Shown: piece by piece, positions 8,681 to 18,532 of the stretch
How the letters are laid out: each line of letters begins with the position of its first letter
How positions within the stretch are numbered: the stretch's first letter is position 1
Assembly: GCA_963825065.1 (NCBI GenBank)
Contig: CAWGRU010000011.1
Span: 24,666-88,665, forward strand
Direction: 5' to 3'
DNA length: 64,000 bases
DNA from: an uncultured Gemmatimonadales bacterium
Lineage (GTDB): Bacteria; Gemmatimonadota; Gemmatimonadetes; Gemmatimonadales; GWC2-71-9
Translations under genes and position numbers: made by a program
Notes under the pieces: generated by a model
Told to the model about the DNA's origin: nothing
Database searches by the model: none
The model's input: only the letters and a program-made list of their open reading frames with translations

Positions 8681-11545
8681 CCGGCACCGCGTGGGTCCGG
8701 GGCGAGCACTTCGCGCAGGTAGCGTCCGGTATGTGACTCGGTCACCTGGGCGACCTGCTCCGGCGTTCCCTGCGCCACGATCCGACCCCCGCCATCGCCC
8801 CCTTCCGGACCCAGGTCGATGACCCAGTCCGCCCGCTTGATGACGTCGAGGTGGTGTTCGATGACGAGCACGGTATGGCCGGCGTCGACCAGCCGGTCCA
8901 GCACCTGGATCAGCACCCGCACGTCGTCGAGATGGAGCCCGGTCGTCGGCTCGTCGAGGATGTAGAGCTTCCTGCCGGTCCGTTTCCCGGAGTGGGCCAA
9001 CTCCCGGGCGATCTTGAGCCGTTGCGCCTCGCCGCCCGAGAGGGTGGTGGCCGGCTGACCGAGGCGGAGATAGCCGAGTCCCACCTGCTGCAGGTGCCAG
9101 AGTGCCTGGCCAAGCTTCGCCTGATGGCGGAAGCGCCGGATGGCCTCGTCGACGGTGAAGGTGAGCACGTCGGCGATCGAGTACCCCTGGATCTTCACGT
9201 CGAGTACGTCGCGCCGGTAGCGGGAGCCCCCGCAGGTCTCGCAGGGCACGTAGACGTCGGCAAGGAAGACCATCTCCACCATCACCGCTCCCGCGCCTTC
9301 GCAGGTCTCGCACCGCCCGCCCGGCATGTTGAAGGAGAAGGAGGCGGCCGTGAGCTTCCGGCGCTTCGCCTCGGGGTGGGCGGCGAAGAGTTCGCGGATA
9401 TCGTCGAAGCCCTTGACGTAGGTGACGGGGTTGGAGCGCGGGGTGCGTCCGATGGGGGACTGATCGATGAGCAGCACGTCCTCGAGGTGTTCCGCGCCGC
9501 GCAGGCTCTGCACGGTGCCGACCACCTCGCCGAGATGCTCCTTGGCCGAGTGTCCTCCCTTGAAGCCGCCCCTCCAGCTGCCGGTAGAGCACGTCGTGCA
9601 CCAGGGTGCTCTTCCCCGAGCCGGAAACTCCGGTGACGGCGGTGAGTGCGCCGATCGGAATCTTCACCTCCACCTCTCGCAGGTTGTGCAGGGTCGCACC
9701 TCTTACCTCCAGCCATGGCCCGAGGTGACGGCGGGCGCTCGGGAATGCCGATGCGTTTTTTTCCCGACAGATATTGCCCGGTGAGCGAGTCGGTCGCGCC
9801 CGCTCGACGGGACCGGCGTAGACGAGCCTCGCCGCCATGTTCGCCGGCACCGGGGCCGAGTTCGAGCATGAAATCGGCGCGACGCATCGCAGCCGGGTCG
9901 TGTTCGACCACGATGACGGTGTTGCCGTTGTCGCGGAGCCGATGCAGCAGTCCGAGCAACCGGTCGATGTCTCGCGGATGCAACCCGATCGACGGCTCGT
10001 CGAGCACGTAGAGCGCGTCGACCAGGTCGGCAGCCGAGCGCGTTGGCGAGCGCGATCCGCTGCGCTTCGCCACCTGACAGGGTCCGGGTGAGACGATCGA
10101 GGGTCAGATAGCCGAGTCCCACGTCGCGCAGGTAGGCGATGCGCTGGCGGCAGCTGGGCCACGATCAGTTCGGCGACCTGGCGCTCGAAGGCGGTGAGCT
10201 CGAGGGCCTCGAGCCAGCGATGCAGCTGGTCCACCGAACGAGCCGAGGCTGCTGAAATCGGCTCGCCCCCGATGCGGACCGCCAGGGCATCCGGGTTGAG
10301 CCGGCCGCCGGCGCAGGCGGAGCAGGGCTTGGCGAGCTGGTACTGCCGAAGGAACACCCGGATGTACTGCTTGTAGCGCTTCTCCTCGAGTCCCCTGAGG
10401 AAGGGAAAGATGCCGAGGTAGCGCCCCTGCTTTCCGTGCAGCAGCTCGCGCTGCTGCTTCGCGGTGAGCTTCGACCAGGGCTTGTCCGGGTCGGCGCCAA
10501 GCGCCCGGGCGGCAGTGAGGAGCAGGCGGCGGCGAGTCTCGTAGCGTGGCTTGGTCCACGGATCGATGGCGCCTCCGGCGAGACTCCGCGTGGGGTCCGG
10601 AACGATGAGGGACTCGTCGTACTCGAGGACGGCGCCGAAGCCGTTGCAGGTCTGGCAGGCGCCGCGAGGGTTGTTGAACGAGAAGAGCGCGGGCGTCACC
10701 GTGACAGCCGGGGTGTCGCACTGGCTGCAGGCCGGCCGTTCGGTGAAGCGCAGCCGCCCGCCCGGGTGCAGCACGACGGCGATGCCTTCGCCCTCGGTAA
10801 ACGCGGTCTCGATGGCCTGGAGCAGCCGGGAGGGCAGCTCGACGACCGGGCTCTCGCTGGCTCCGTCGTGCAGGGGCGTTCCCGAGCGTTGCTCCATCGT
10901 CGGCGCCTGGTCGAGGATCAGGCGATCGACCACCACCAGGAGTTCGCTCGCGGCGGCGAGATCGAGTGCGGGAGGCAATTCCTCCAGGTGCTGCGGCACG
11001 CCATCGGCCAGCACCCGCACGAAACCCAGGGCGCCGAGATTCTCCACGATCGCCGCGTGATTCAGTCTCGCGGACGGGGCGAGCGGGAACGTGACCTGTA
11101 CCGGGCCTCGCGCCTGATGGACGGTGTCTTGCGCCGCCGATTGCGGGGAGTCGCGACGGACGGGACTGCCGCAGAGCCGGCACTGCTGGCGGCCGACCCG
11201 GGCCCAGAGCAGGCGGAGGTAGTCGTAGATCTCGGTGGCGGTGCCGACCGTGGAACGGCTGGAGACGGTGGGATTGCGCTGCTCGATGGCGACGGCAGGC
11301 GCGAGTCCCTCGAGCCGGTCCACCAGCGGCTTGGGCATCCGCTCGAGGAACTGCTTGGCGTAGGTGGAGAGCGACTCGATGTAGCGCCGCTGCCCCTCGG
11401 CGTACAGCGTGTCGAAGGCCAGAGAACTCTTCCCCGAGCCGCTGGGGCCGGTGACGACGACCAGCGCCCGGCGAGGCAGGTCGACCGTGACACCCTTCAG
11501 GTTGTGCTGCCGGGCGTTGACGATGCGCAGAACGGGGGACGACAT
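8677..11545 (-). pseudogene. uvrA: Excinuclease ABC subunit UvrA, interrupted by about 6 frameshifts as sequenced
   Basis: UvrA sequence is continuous only if the reading frame is switched near 10150, 10032, 9827, 9797, 9735 and 9570. All hallmark motifs are present: [64 protein letters not shown]...[18 protein letters not shown] and [12 protein letters not shown]. Confidence 0.9.
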
Positions 11546-11576
11546 GGGCCGGAAAGAATACTAGATTTGACCCCCA

Positions 11577-12643
11577 ATGGCTTCCGTCCTCAGCCCGCGC
11601 CTGCTCCTCCGCGGGTTCCTCGTCTTCGTCGGCATCTCGGTCCTGGGGTACGTCGGGGTCCTGCTGTATGGCAACAACCTCCCCGCGTTCGTTCAGGCGC
11701 TCGGGCGCATCCACTGGATCTGGATCCTGGTGGGGGTGGGTCTCGCGTCGATGGACTGGTTCGGCGGCGGGCTGCGGAATTGGGTTCTGGTGCGTCATGT
11801 CCATCCCGATCCACCGATCGCGGGGATGATTCTCTCGGGCGGCATGGGGGCCTGGGCCGCCTATCTCACGCCGCTCAATTCGGGCGCCGGCCCGATGACG
11901 ATCTACGCCCTGCGCCGCGCGGGGGTGCCGCTGCCGGTGGCGGTGACGACCGACGCTCATGTCGTTCATCGCGACGGTGCTGTTCTTCGCCATCGCCGGG
12001 CCGCTCGCGATCTTCCTCGGCGCCGGCCACTCGCTGCGGCAATCACGGCGACGTCCTCGGCCTCACGCTCTACGACCTGTTCCTCGGAAGCCTCGGCATG
12101 TTCGTGGGGATCGGGGTGGTGCTGGTGGCCGCGATCATCTTCCCCAGCGTCGCTCAGGGGTGGCTGCACCGGCTGGCGGTGCTGCTCGCGGGCCGGAGCC
12201 GCCGTGTCGCCGAGCGCATCGAGGCGTCTCCGCGCGGCATCGACGACGCCCACAAGAGCGTGCTCGCCTTCAACAGCCCCAGGGGATGGCTGTCGCTCTT
12301 CTGGGCCACGATCCTGTCGGCACCTTCGCACGCCAACAAGCTGCTGGCCGGTTACGTGGCGCTTCGCGCGGTGGGCATGCAGGCGAAGTTCGTGGACGTG
12401 CTGCTGGTGCAGACGCTCATCACCTTTCTGCTGTATTTCGCTCCGACGCCCGGCGCGTCGGGTATCGCGGAGATTCTCTCGACTGCGGTCATGTCATCGG
12501 TCTACCTCCCGAAGGAGCTGGGACCGCTGTACACCCTGATCTGGCGCTCGATCCTCACTTACTTCACGCTCGCGTTCGGTTTCGTGGTGTTCTCGCGCTG
12601 GATCCGGCATCGGCTCAAGGGCACCGAGGATCTCGCGCGATGA
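11577..12643 (+). pseudogene. Flippase-like / lysylphosphatidylglycerol-synthase-TM-region family (UPF0104) membrane protein, 2 frameshifts as sequenced
   Basis: Hydrophobic protein sequence continues across three frames. Frame of 11577 runs to about 11951 (..GVPLPVAVTT). Frame of 11959 follows (LMSFIATVLFFAIAGPLAIFLGAGHSL). Frame of the 10436 ORF takes over from about 12038 (GNHGDVLGLTLYDLFLGSLGMFVGIGVV...PTPGASGIAE...). Confidence 0.6.
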
Positions 12644-12670
12644 GGACGCGGAGCGGGAGTCGCTCCTCCC

Positions 12671-14500
12671 GTGGGGTCGCGAGCCGTGATCGCCGCACCG
12701 GATCCGTTCGAAGAAGCCGAGAAAAGCAGCTACGACGCCGCGCTGATGCGGCGGCTGCTGCACTATCTGCGCCCCTATCGCGCGCTCGCCGCGCTGGCGC
12801 TGGTGCTGCTGCTCGGGGCCGCGGGGCTCACCCTGGTCGGGCCGGCGCTGACCCAGCGCGCGCTCGACGTGGCCGTGCCCGCGAAGGACAGCGGACTGCT
12901 GCTCCACCTGACGCTGCTCTTCCTGGTCTCGCTGTTTCTCGAGTTCGTGCTCGACTACAGCCAGACCTTGCTGACGGCCTGGATGGGCCAGCGGGTGATG
13001 GCCGATCTCCGGCTGCAGCTCTTCAGCCACCTGCAGCGGCTGAGCGTGCCGTACTTCGACCGGCACCCGGTCGGGCGGCTGATGACCCGGGTCACGTCCG
13101 ATGTGGAGACGCTCAACGAGCTGTTCTCCTCGGGGGTGGTGACCGTGTTCGGCGACGTGTTCACGATCATCGCGATCGTGACCATGATGCTGGTCGTGGA
13201 CTGGCGGCTGGCGCTGGTCGCCTTCGCGGTGATTCCAGTCATGATCGGGGTCGCGGCCATCTTCCGGCGTCACGTGCGCACCTCGTTCCGCGACATCCGC
13301 ACCCGGCTCGCGCGGCTGAACGCCTATCTCCAGGAGCAGCTCTCCGGGGTCCGGGTGGTGCAGCTCTTCGGACGGGAATCGGCGGAAGCGCGGAGCTTCG
13401 CCGAGATCAACCGCGGTCACCTCGAGGCGCACCTCCGGTCGATCACGATCTACGCCATCTTCTTCCCGGTGGTCGAGTTCCTCACCACCGTCGCGCTGGC
13501 GCTGCTCCTCTGGTACGGCGGGGTGCGGGTGATGGGAGGCACGCTGACGGTGGGCGTGCTGGCGGCGTTCATCCAGCTGACCCGCCGGTTCTTCCAACCG
13601 CTGCAGGACCTCTCGGAGAAGTACAATCTGCTGCAGAGCGCGATGGCGTCCTCGGAGCGGATCTTCCAGCTGCTCGACACCGAGCCAACGGTGAGAACTT
13701 CGCCGGCCCCGGTGCGTCCCTCTCTACCGGTTCGCGGTGAGGTCGCCTTCGAGGACGTGTGGTTCCGGTATCAGACGGGGGGCGGCGACGGGGGCGACTG
13801 GGTCCTCCGGGGGGTCAGTTTCACGGCCCGACCCGGCCAGACCCTGGCGCTGGTGGGGCACACCGGGGCGGGGAAGACCACGATCATCAGCCTGCTGCTC
13901 AGGTTCTACGACCCGGTGCGCGGGCGCATCACGGTGGACGGGGTCGACATCCGGGACCTCGACCCGGCGGAGCTGCGCGGCCTGATCGGCTTCGTACAGC
14001 AGGATCTGTTTCTCTTCACCGGGGATATCCTGCGCAACCTGGTGCTGGATGCGTCGATTACGCCCGAGGCGGCGCAGGCCGCTGCCCGGCGGGTGGGGGC
14101 CGACCGGTTCATCGCCCGACTTCCCGAGGGCTTTCATCACGTACTGGGCGAGCGCGGCCGGTCCTTGAGTGTCGGGGAGCGGCAGTTGCTCTCCTTTGCG
14201 CGGGCCCTGGCGCGGGACCCCCGGATCCTGGTCCTGGACGAGGCGACCAGTTCGGTCGACGCCGAGGCCGAAGCGCAGATTCAGCATGCCGTGGCGGAGC
14301 TGATGCGGGGGCGGACCAGCGTGGTGGTGGCCCACCGTCTCAGCACCATCCTGCACGCGGATGAGATCCTGGTCCTGCATCACGGCGAGATCCGGGAACG
14401 GGGCTCTCACCGTTCCCTCCTCGCCCAGGGCGGGCTGTACCAGCGGCTATATCAACTTCAGCTCCGGGGGCAAGAGCGGCGTGAGCCGATGAGTGCGTAA
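12671..14500 (+). CDS. ABC exporter, fused permease/ATPase (MsbA/multidrug-type)
   Basis: Six-TM N-terminal half. Walker A GHTGAGKTT, signature LSVGERQ, Walker B ILVLDEATSSVD. GTG start. Confidence 0.85.
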   Translation: MGSRAVIAAPDPFEEAEKSSYDAALMRRLLHYLRPYRALAALALVLLLGAAGLTLVGPALTQRALDVAVPAKDSGLLLHLTLLFLVSLFLEFVLDYSQTLLTAWMGQRVMADLRLQLFSHLQRLSVPYFDRHPVGRLMTRVTSDVETLNELFSSGVVTVFGDVFTIIAIVTMMLVVDWRLALVAFAVIPVMIGVAAIFRRHVRTSFRDIRTRLARLNAYLQEQLSGVRVVQLFGRESAEARSFAEINRGHLEAHLRSITIYAIFFPVVEFLTTVALALLLWYGGVRVMGGTLTVGVLAAFIQLTRRFFQPLQDLSEKYNLLQSAMASSERIFQLLDTEPTVRTSPAPVRPSLPVRGEVAFEDVWFRYQTGGGDGGDWVLRGVSFTARPGQTLALVGHTGAGKTTIISLLLRFYDPVRGRITVDGVDIRDLDPAELRGLIGFVQQDLFLFTGDILRNLVLDASITPEAAQAAARRVGADRFIARLPEGFHHVLGERGRSLSVGERQLLSFARALARDPRILVLDEATSSVDAEAEAQIQHAVAELMRGRTSVVVAHRLSTILHADEILVLHHGEIRERGSHRSLLAQGGLYQRLYQLQLRGQERREPMSA

Positions 14501-14571
14501 GCCCAAATCGCTTGCGTGGTTATACAGCCCCGGATACGTTTGGCCATCCGGTTCATACGAGGGCGCAGCGG

Positions 14572-16122
14572 ATGATGGAACTGGAATTCGCCGGTCAGCG
14601 TACCCCCATCCCCCTGGGGGAACTTGTCGTCGGGAACGACCCGTCCTGCGGACTCAGGCTCACGGGCGTCGCCGCAGCGCATGCGGTGGTGGTCGGTGCC
14701 GGAGACGGGTCGGTCTCGGTACGCCGGGTCGGGGACAACGACGTGCTGCTCAACGGCGTCAAGCTGGGTGCCGAGCCGGCACCGGTGCTCCACGGCGACA
14801 AGATCCAGGTTGGCCTGCACGAACTGCTGGTGCACGATCCCCGGCGGAGCGGGAGCACCCAGTTCGTCAGCGCCTCGGAGGTGGCCAAGATGGTCGCCGC
14901 GACCGGCAAGGGCGGGGGCGCAAAGCCCCCGACCGCGGCCACGGGGGGCCGGCTGGTCTGTCTCACCGATGGCCGCGAGTACACGATCGGCTCGGCGCCG
15001 CTGGTGTTCGGGCGGGAGGCGGGCTGCGACATCGTGGTCCCAAACAAGGACGTCTCGCGGCGCCATGCCGAGATCTTCGCCTCGCCGCAGGGCTACGTTC
15101 TGGTGGACAGCAGCACCAACGGGACCTTCGTCAATGCGGACCGGATCGAGGCCCAGCGAGTCCTGGCCCGTGCGGACGTGATCCGGATCGGCGACCACGA
15201 ATTCCGCTTCTACGCCGACCGGGCGCCCGACGCCCCCCCACCGGCGGCGGCCCCCGCCCCTTTGGCCATCGCGCCGACTGAGCCGGCTCCCGCCGCTCCG
15301 CCGGCGCCGCCCTCACCGGCCGCCGGCGCTGCCGAACGGCTGTCGCATACGATGCACGGCGTGCCGGTGCCGCCACCATCCGCCCCTCCCAAGCCGGTGG
15401 CGCGCTCCTCCGGGCCGACCGTATCGCTGGCGACCTTCCTGGTGCGCAGCGGGCAGCTGAAGGGCCAGCGCCTGCCGGTCAGGGTGCCGGTGGTCAATAT
15501 CGGCCGCGCGGAATACAACGATCTGGTCATCCCGGACGACAGTGTGAGCAGTGCTCACGCGAAGCTGCAGCGACGTGAAGGAGTCTGGGTCCTCTTCGAC
15601 ACCGAATCCACCAACGGTACCTGGGTAGACGGCGAGCGGGTCGCGGGCGAGGCCCCGCTCGGCCCGGGCGCGGTGGTGCGCTTCGGCGAGGTCTCGGTGA
15701 TGTTCGAGCCCACCGACGACCACCTGGGCACTGCGAGCGGCTCGGGCACCAAGGTGATGGGGGCGGTCCGGCCCGGCGCCATGCCGCCCACGCCACCGCC
15801 GGCGCCCGCGCCAGCACCGATGGCGAGCGCCCCCCCGCACCCTGTGCCGTCGTCCGCGCCAATTCCGGAATCGGTGGTGTCGCCGAAGGCGGGCGCGCCG
15901 CCGGTCGTCGTACCGCCCGTGGCGCCGCCCGCCGCGCCGCCGCCATTCGAACCCAGGATACCGATGCAGCCCGGGGCCGAACCCGCTCTACATCGGTCAT
16001 CCCCGCGGCGACCGCCGGTGGTCATCAGCTCGCCGCCTCCGCCGGGATTCCCCAAGTGGATCATCCCTGCGGCGGCAATCGTCATTCTCGGGGTGGTTGC
16101 GGCCATCCTGCTCCTGAGGTAA
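14572..16122 (+). CDS. Triple-FHA-domain protein with Pro-rich linkers and a C-terminal TM anchor
   Basis: Three FHA-like units: VVGNDPSCGLRL...VLLNGV; FGREAGCDIVVPNKDVSRRHAEI...STNGTFVN; IGRAEYNDLVIPDDSVSSAHAKL...STNGTWVDG. Long P/A-rich tracts. The C-terminus IIPAAAIVILGVVAAILLL is hydrophobic. Start set at MMELEF. Confidence 0.8.
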   Translation: MMELEFAGQRTPIPLGELVVGNDPSCGLRLTGVAAAHAVVVGAGDGSVSVRRVGDNDVLLNGVKLGAEPAPVLHGDKIQVGLHELLVHDPRRSGSTQFVSASEVAKMVAATGKGGGAKPPTAATGGRLVCLTDGREYTIGSAPLVFGREAGCDIVVPNKDVSRRHAEIFASPQGYVLVDSSTNGTFVNADRIEAQRVLARADVIRIGDHEFRFYADRAPDAPPPAAAPAPLAIAPTEPAPAAPPAPPSPAAGAAERLSHTMHGVPVPPPSAPPKPVARSSGPTVSLATFLVRSGQLKGQRLPVRVPVVNIGRAEYNDLVIPDDSVSSAHAKLQRREGVWVLFDTESTNGTWVDGERVAGEAPLGPGAVVRFGEVSVMFEPTDDHLGTASGSGTKVMGAVRPGAMPPTPPPAPAPAPMASAPPHPVPSSAPIPESVVSPKAGAPPVVVPPVAPPAAPPPFEPRIPMQPGAEPALHRSSPRRPPVVISSPPPPGFPKWIIPAAAIVILGVVAAILLLR

Positions 16123-16132
16123 CCGGACTCCC

Positions 16133-16912
16133 GTGCGATTCTCCTGCGCGGCCCGTACCGATACCGGCATCGTCCGGTCCGGGAACGAGGATAATTATCT
16201 CATGCTGGCCGACCGTGGCGTCTTCATCGTGGCGGACGGCATGGGCGGGCACGCGGCGGGAGAGGTCGCGAGCGAGATGGCGGTCAGGATCGTCTCGCGC
16301 GAGCTCGGCACCCTCCGCGGCCTGACCGACGAGCAGGCCGGCGAGCGGATGCGGCATGCGATCATCGAGGCCAACGCCTCGATCTTCGACCGGACGCTGA
16401 CCGAGCACGACAAGCGCGGCATGGGCACCACCACGACGGCGCTCATCCTGCTGCCGCAGCGCTACATTCTGGGCCAGGTGGGGGACAGCCGCGCCTATCT
16501 GCTGCGGGAGGATCACTTCCTGCAGGTCACCAAGGATCACTCCTACGTGCAGGAACAGGTGGACCTCGGGCTGCTGACGCCGGAGCAGGCGCGGGTGCAC
16601 CCATACAGCAACGTCATCACCCGGTGCATCGGGGCGAACGCCGAGGTCGTTCCGGATCTGTACTTCGGGCACCTGCGGCCTGGCGACGTGCTGCTGCTCG
16701 CCTCCGACGGGCTCACCGGAATGCTCGAGGACGAGCATCTCGCTTCGATCCTCCGCAGCGAAGGCGGACCTCAGCAGTGGGTGGACAAGCTGATCAACGA
16801 GGCCAACCGGCGCGGCGGTCTCGACAACATCACTGCGATCATCATCCGGATCGAGCCGGAGATCCCCGCCGAAGTGACCTCGCCGGGGGTCCCGGCTACA
16901 CCGCGGAGCTGA
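16133..16912 (+). CDS. PP2C-family Ser/Thr protein phosphatase
   Basis: Motifs RSGNEDN, FIVADGMGGHAAGEVAS, LLASDGL and DNITAIII. GTG start 10 nt after the FHA gene stop. Confidence 0.85.
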   Translation: MRFSCAARTDTGIVRSGNEDNYLMLADRGVFIVADGMGGHAAGEVASEMAVRIVSRELGTLRGLTDEQAGERMRHAIIEANASIFDRTLTEHDKRGMGTTTTALILLPQRYILGQVGDSRAYLLREDHFLQVTKDHSYVQEQVDLGLLTPEQARVHPYSNVITRCIGANAEVVPDLYFGHLRPGDVLLLASDGLTGMLEDEHLASILRSEGGPQQWVDKLINEANRRGGLDNITAIIIRIEPEIPAEVTSPGVPATPRS

Positions 16913-16922
16913 TCGCCGTTTC

Positions 16923-16945
16923 GGAGCCAGGGACCCCCTGGCTCC
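16923..16945 (+). terminator. Stem-loop after the PP2C gene (no U-tract)
   Basis: Perfect 10-bp stem ggagccaggg/ccctggctcc with a 3-nt loop, 11 nt after the stop codon. Confidence 0.35.
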
Positions 16946-16996
16946 CCGCCGCGCACCAGGCTGAAACATGGTCCGGCGCCTTCCCGTCATCCCCCC

Positions 16997-18235
16997 ATGC
17001 CAAACCGGTCGTTCGCCCCCATCGCCATCGGCCTGGAGACGCTCCGGGCGCATCCGTTGCGGACCGCGCTCTCCATGCTGGGCATCGTGATCGGCGCGGC
17101 CTCGCTGGTCGCGGTGCTCGCGCTGGGTGACGGTGTGGAGCGGTTCGGCCGCCAGCAGATCGAACGCACCACGGACCTTCAGTCGGTCGTCGTCCAGTCG
17201 CGGACCACGGTGTCAGTCGACGACCAGACCTTTCCACTCGACAGCTATCCGGTCTTCACGCGGGCGGATGCCGACTCGCTCGTGGCGCGCATTCCGGCGG
17301 TGCGGGGTGCCCAGCTCAACCTCGCGGGCCGCTCGCCGATCACGGGATCGGGCGGAATCCGCGAGGAGGTCACCGTCGCGGCGACGCTGCCGACGACGCC
17401 GGCGCTGGTGGGACTGCAGTTCGCCGCAGGGCGCTACTTCACGGTCGCCGAGGCGGCGGCGAACGCGCCGGTGGTGGTGCTCAGTCACGCACTCGCCGGG
17501 CGAATCTCCGACGGACCGGCGGAGCAGGCGGTGGGCAAGACCGTCCGGCTGCGGGAGCGGGAGCGTCGGATCATCGGGGTGCTGCAATCGACAGCGGTCG
17601 AGCCCGGCGGTGCCGCGTACGTGCCCCTCGAGGGAGCCGCGGACGCGCTGGTGCCGACGCCCCGGCCGCGGGCGCCCAACCTGGTGCTGCAGGCGCGGGC
17701 GGTCGAGGATGTTCCCGAGGTGCAGCGCGCGGCGGAGGCGTGGCTCCGGGAACGCTTCGGAGCGTGGGAGAGAGTCGCGCGGGTGAGCAGCAACCGGGCC
17801 CGGGTGGAGCAGGCGGCCCAGGGGATCCTGGTGATGAAGCTGGTGATGGGCGCGATCACCGGGATCTCGCTCCTGGTAGGGGGCATCGGCATCATGAACG
17901 TACTGTTGTCATCGGTGACCGAACGAACCCGCGAGATCGGAATCCGAAAGGCCATCGGGGCGCGACGCAGCGACGTGCTGGCGCAGTTCCTGGCGGAGTC
18001 GATCGCGATCTCTGGAGCGGGGAGCGCCTGCGGCGCGGCGCTCGGTCTCGCCGCGGCGTTCGGCATCACCGGCGTGATCCGCCAGCACACTGCCGCGCAG
18101 ATCTACGCGGCCTTCAGCTGGAGCACTCTCGCCGTGTCAGCCATGGCGGCGCTGCTGGTCGGGCTCATCTTCGGCATCTACCCGGCGCTCCGCGCCTCCC
18201 GGCTGTCCCCGATCGACGCCATCCGGCACGAGTAG
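16997..18235 (+). CDS. ABC transporter permease, MacB/FtsX family
   Basis: N-terminal TM helix LRTALSMLGIVIGAASLVAVLALG, a large periplasmic domain, and a C-terminal FtsX-type 3-TM bundle with TERTREIGIRKAIGAR. There is no cognate ATPase gene next to it. Confidence 0.8.
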   Translation: MPNRSFAPIAIGLETLRAHPLRTALSMLGIVIGAASLVAVLALGDGVERFGRQQIERTTDLQSVVVQSRTTVSVDDQTFPLDSYPVFTRADADSLVARIPAVRGAQLNLAGRSPITGSGGIREEVTVAATLPTTPALVGLQFAAGRYFTVAEAAANAPVVVLSHALAGRISDGPAEQAVGKTVRLRERERRIIGVLQSTAVEPGGAAYVPLEGAADALVPTPRPRAPNLVLQARAVEDVPEVQRAAEAWLRERFGAWERVARVSSNRARVEQAAQGILVMKLVMGAITGISLLVGGIGIMNVLLSSVTERTREIGIRKAIGARRSDVLAQFLAESIAISGAGSACGAALGLAAAFGITGVIRQHTAAQIYAAFSWSTLAVSAMAALLVGLIFGIYPALRASRLSPIDAIRHE

Positions 18236-18259
18236 CGGCTTGGGGGTCCCGGAAACAAC

Positions 18260-18293
18260 GAGGCCCCGTCACTCGAGAGAGTGACGGGGCCTC
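18260..18293. terminator. Bidirectional intrinsic terminator
   Basis: Perfect 13-bp stem gaggccccgtcac/gtgacggggcctc with an 8-nt loop, between convergent genes (stops at 18235 and 18311). Confidence 0.7.
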
Positions 18294-18310
18294 GCCGTGG
18301 GAGGGCCTGC

Positions 18311-18532
18311 TCAGCTCTTGGGCTTCGCGGTGGAATCGGTCTTGGTCATGGTGCCCGTGGCGGCCTTCTTGTGCGACTTCTTGTGGGCCTTCTTCGGGGC
18401 CGCGGACTTGGCCGGGGTGGTGGTCGTCGCGGCCGGCTTGGCCGGGGCGGCGGCGGGCTGCTGCTGCTGCGCGACGGCGGCAGTGGTCGTCAGGGCCAGG
18501 GCGAGGATCGCGGCGGTGATCGAGCGCTTCAT
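18311..18532 (-). CDS. Small secreted Lys/Ala/Thr/Pro-rich protein (73 aa)
   Basis: Signal peptide MKRSITAAILALALTTTAAVAQ followed by a low-complexity basic tail (PAKSAAPKKAHKKSHKKAATG). AAGGA lies 9 nt upstream of the ATG. The longer 159-aa track ORF is an upstream extension. Confidence 0.55.
   Translation of the reverse strand: MKRSITAAILALALTTTAAVAQQQQPAAAPAKPAATTTTPAKSAAPKKAHKKSHKKAATGTMTKTDSTAKPKS

Noticed and set aside
7823-11545. A 1240-aa ORF that looks like a giant UvrA-transporter fusion protein.
   Set aside because: Only its first ~465 and last ~285 residues look like real protein (the UvrA N-terminus and the EamA transporter). The middle is Arg/Pro/Gly-rich out-of-frame read-through of uvrA, kept open by the scarcity of stop codons in GC-rich DNA.
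10104-12643. Long ORFs 10104..11993 (-), 10436..12643 (+) and 11959..13740 (+).
   Set aside because: Most of each is a shadow frame of uvrA, the flippase-like gene or the ABC exporter. Only short pieces (12038-12643 of the second and 11959-12037 of the third) are genuine fragments of the frameshifted flippase-like gene.
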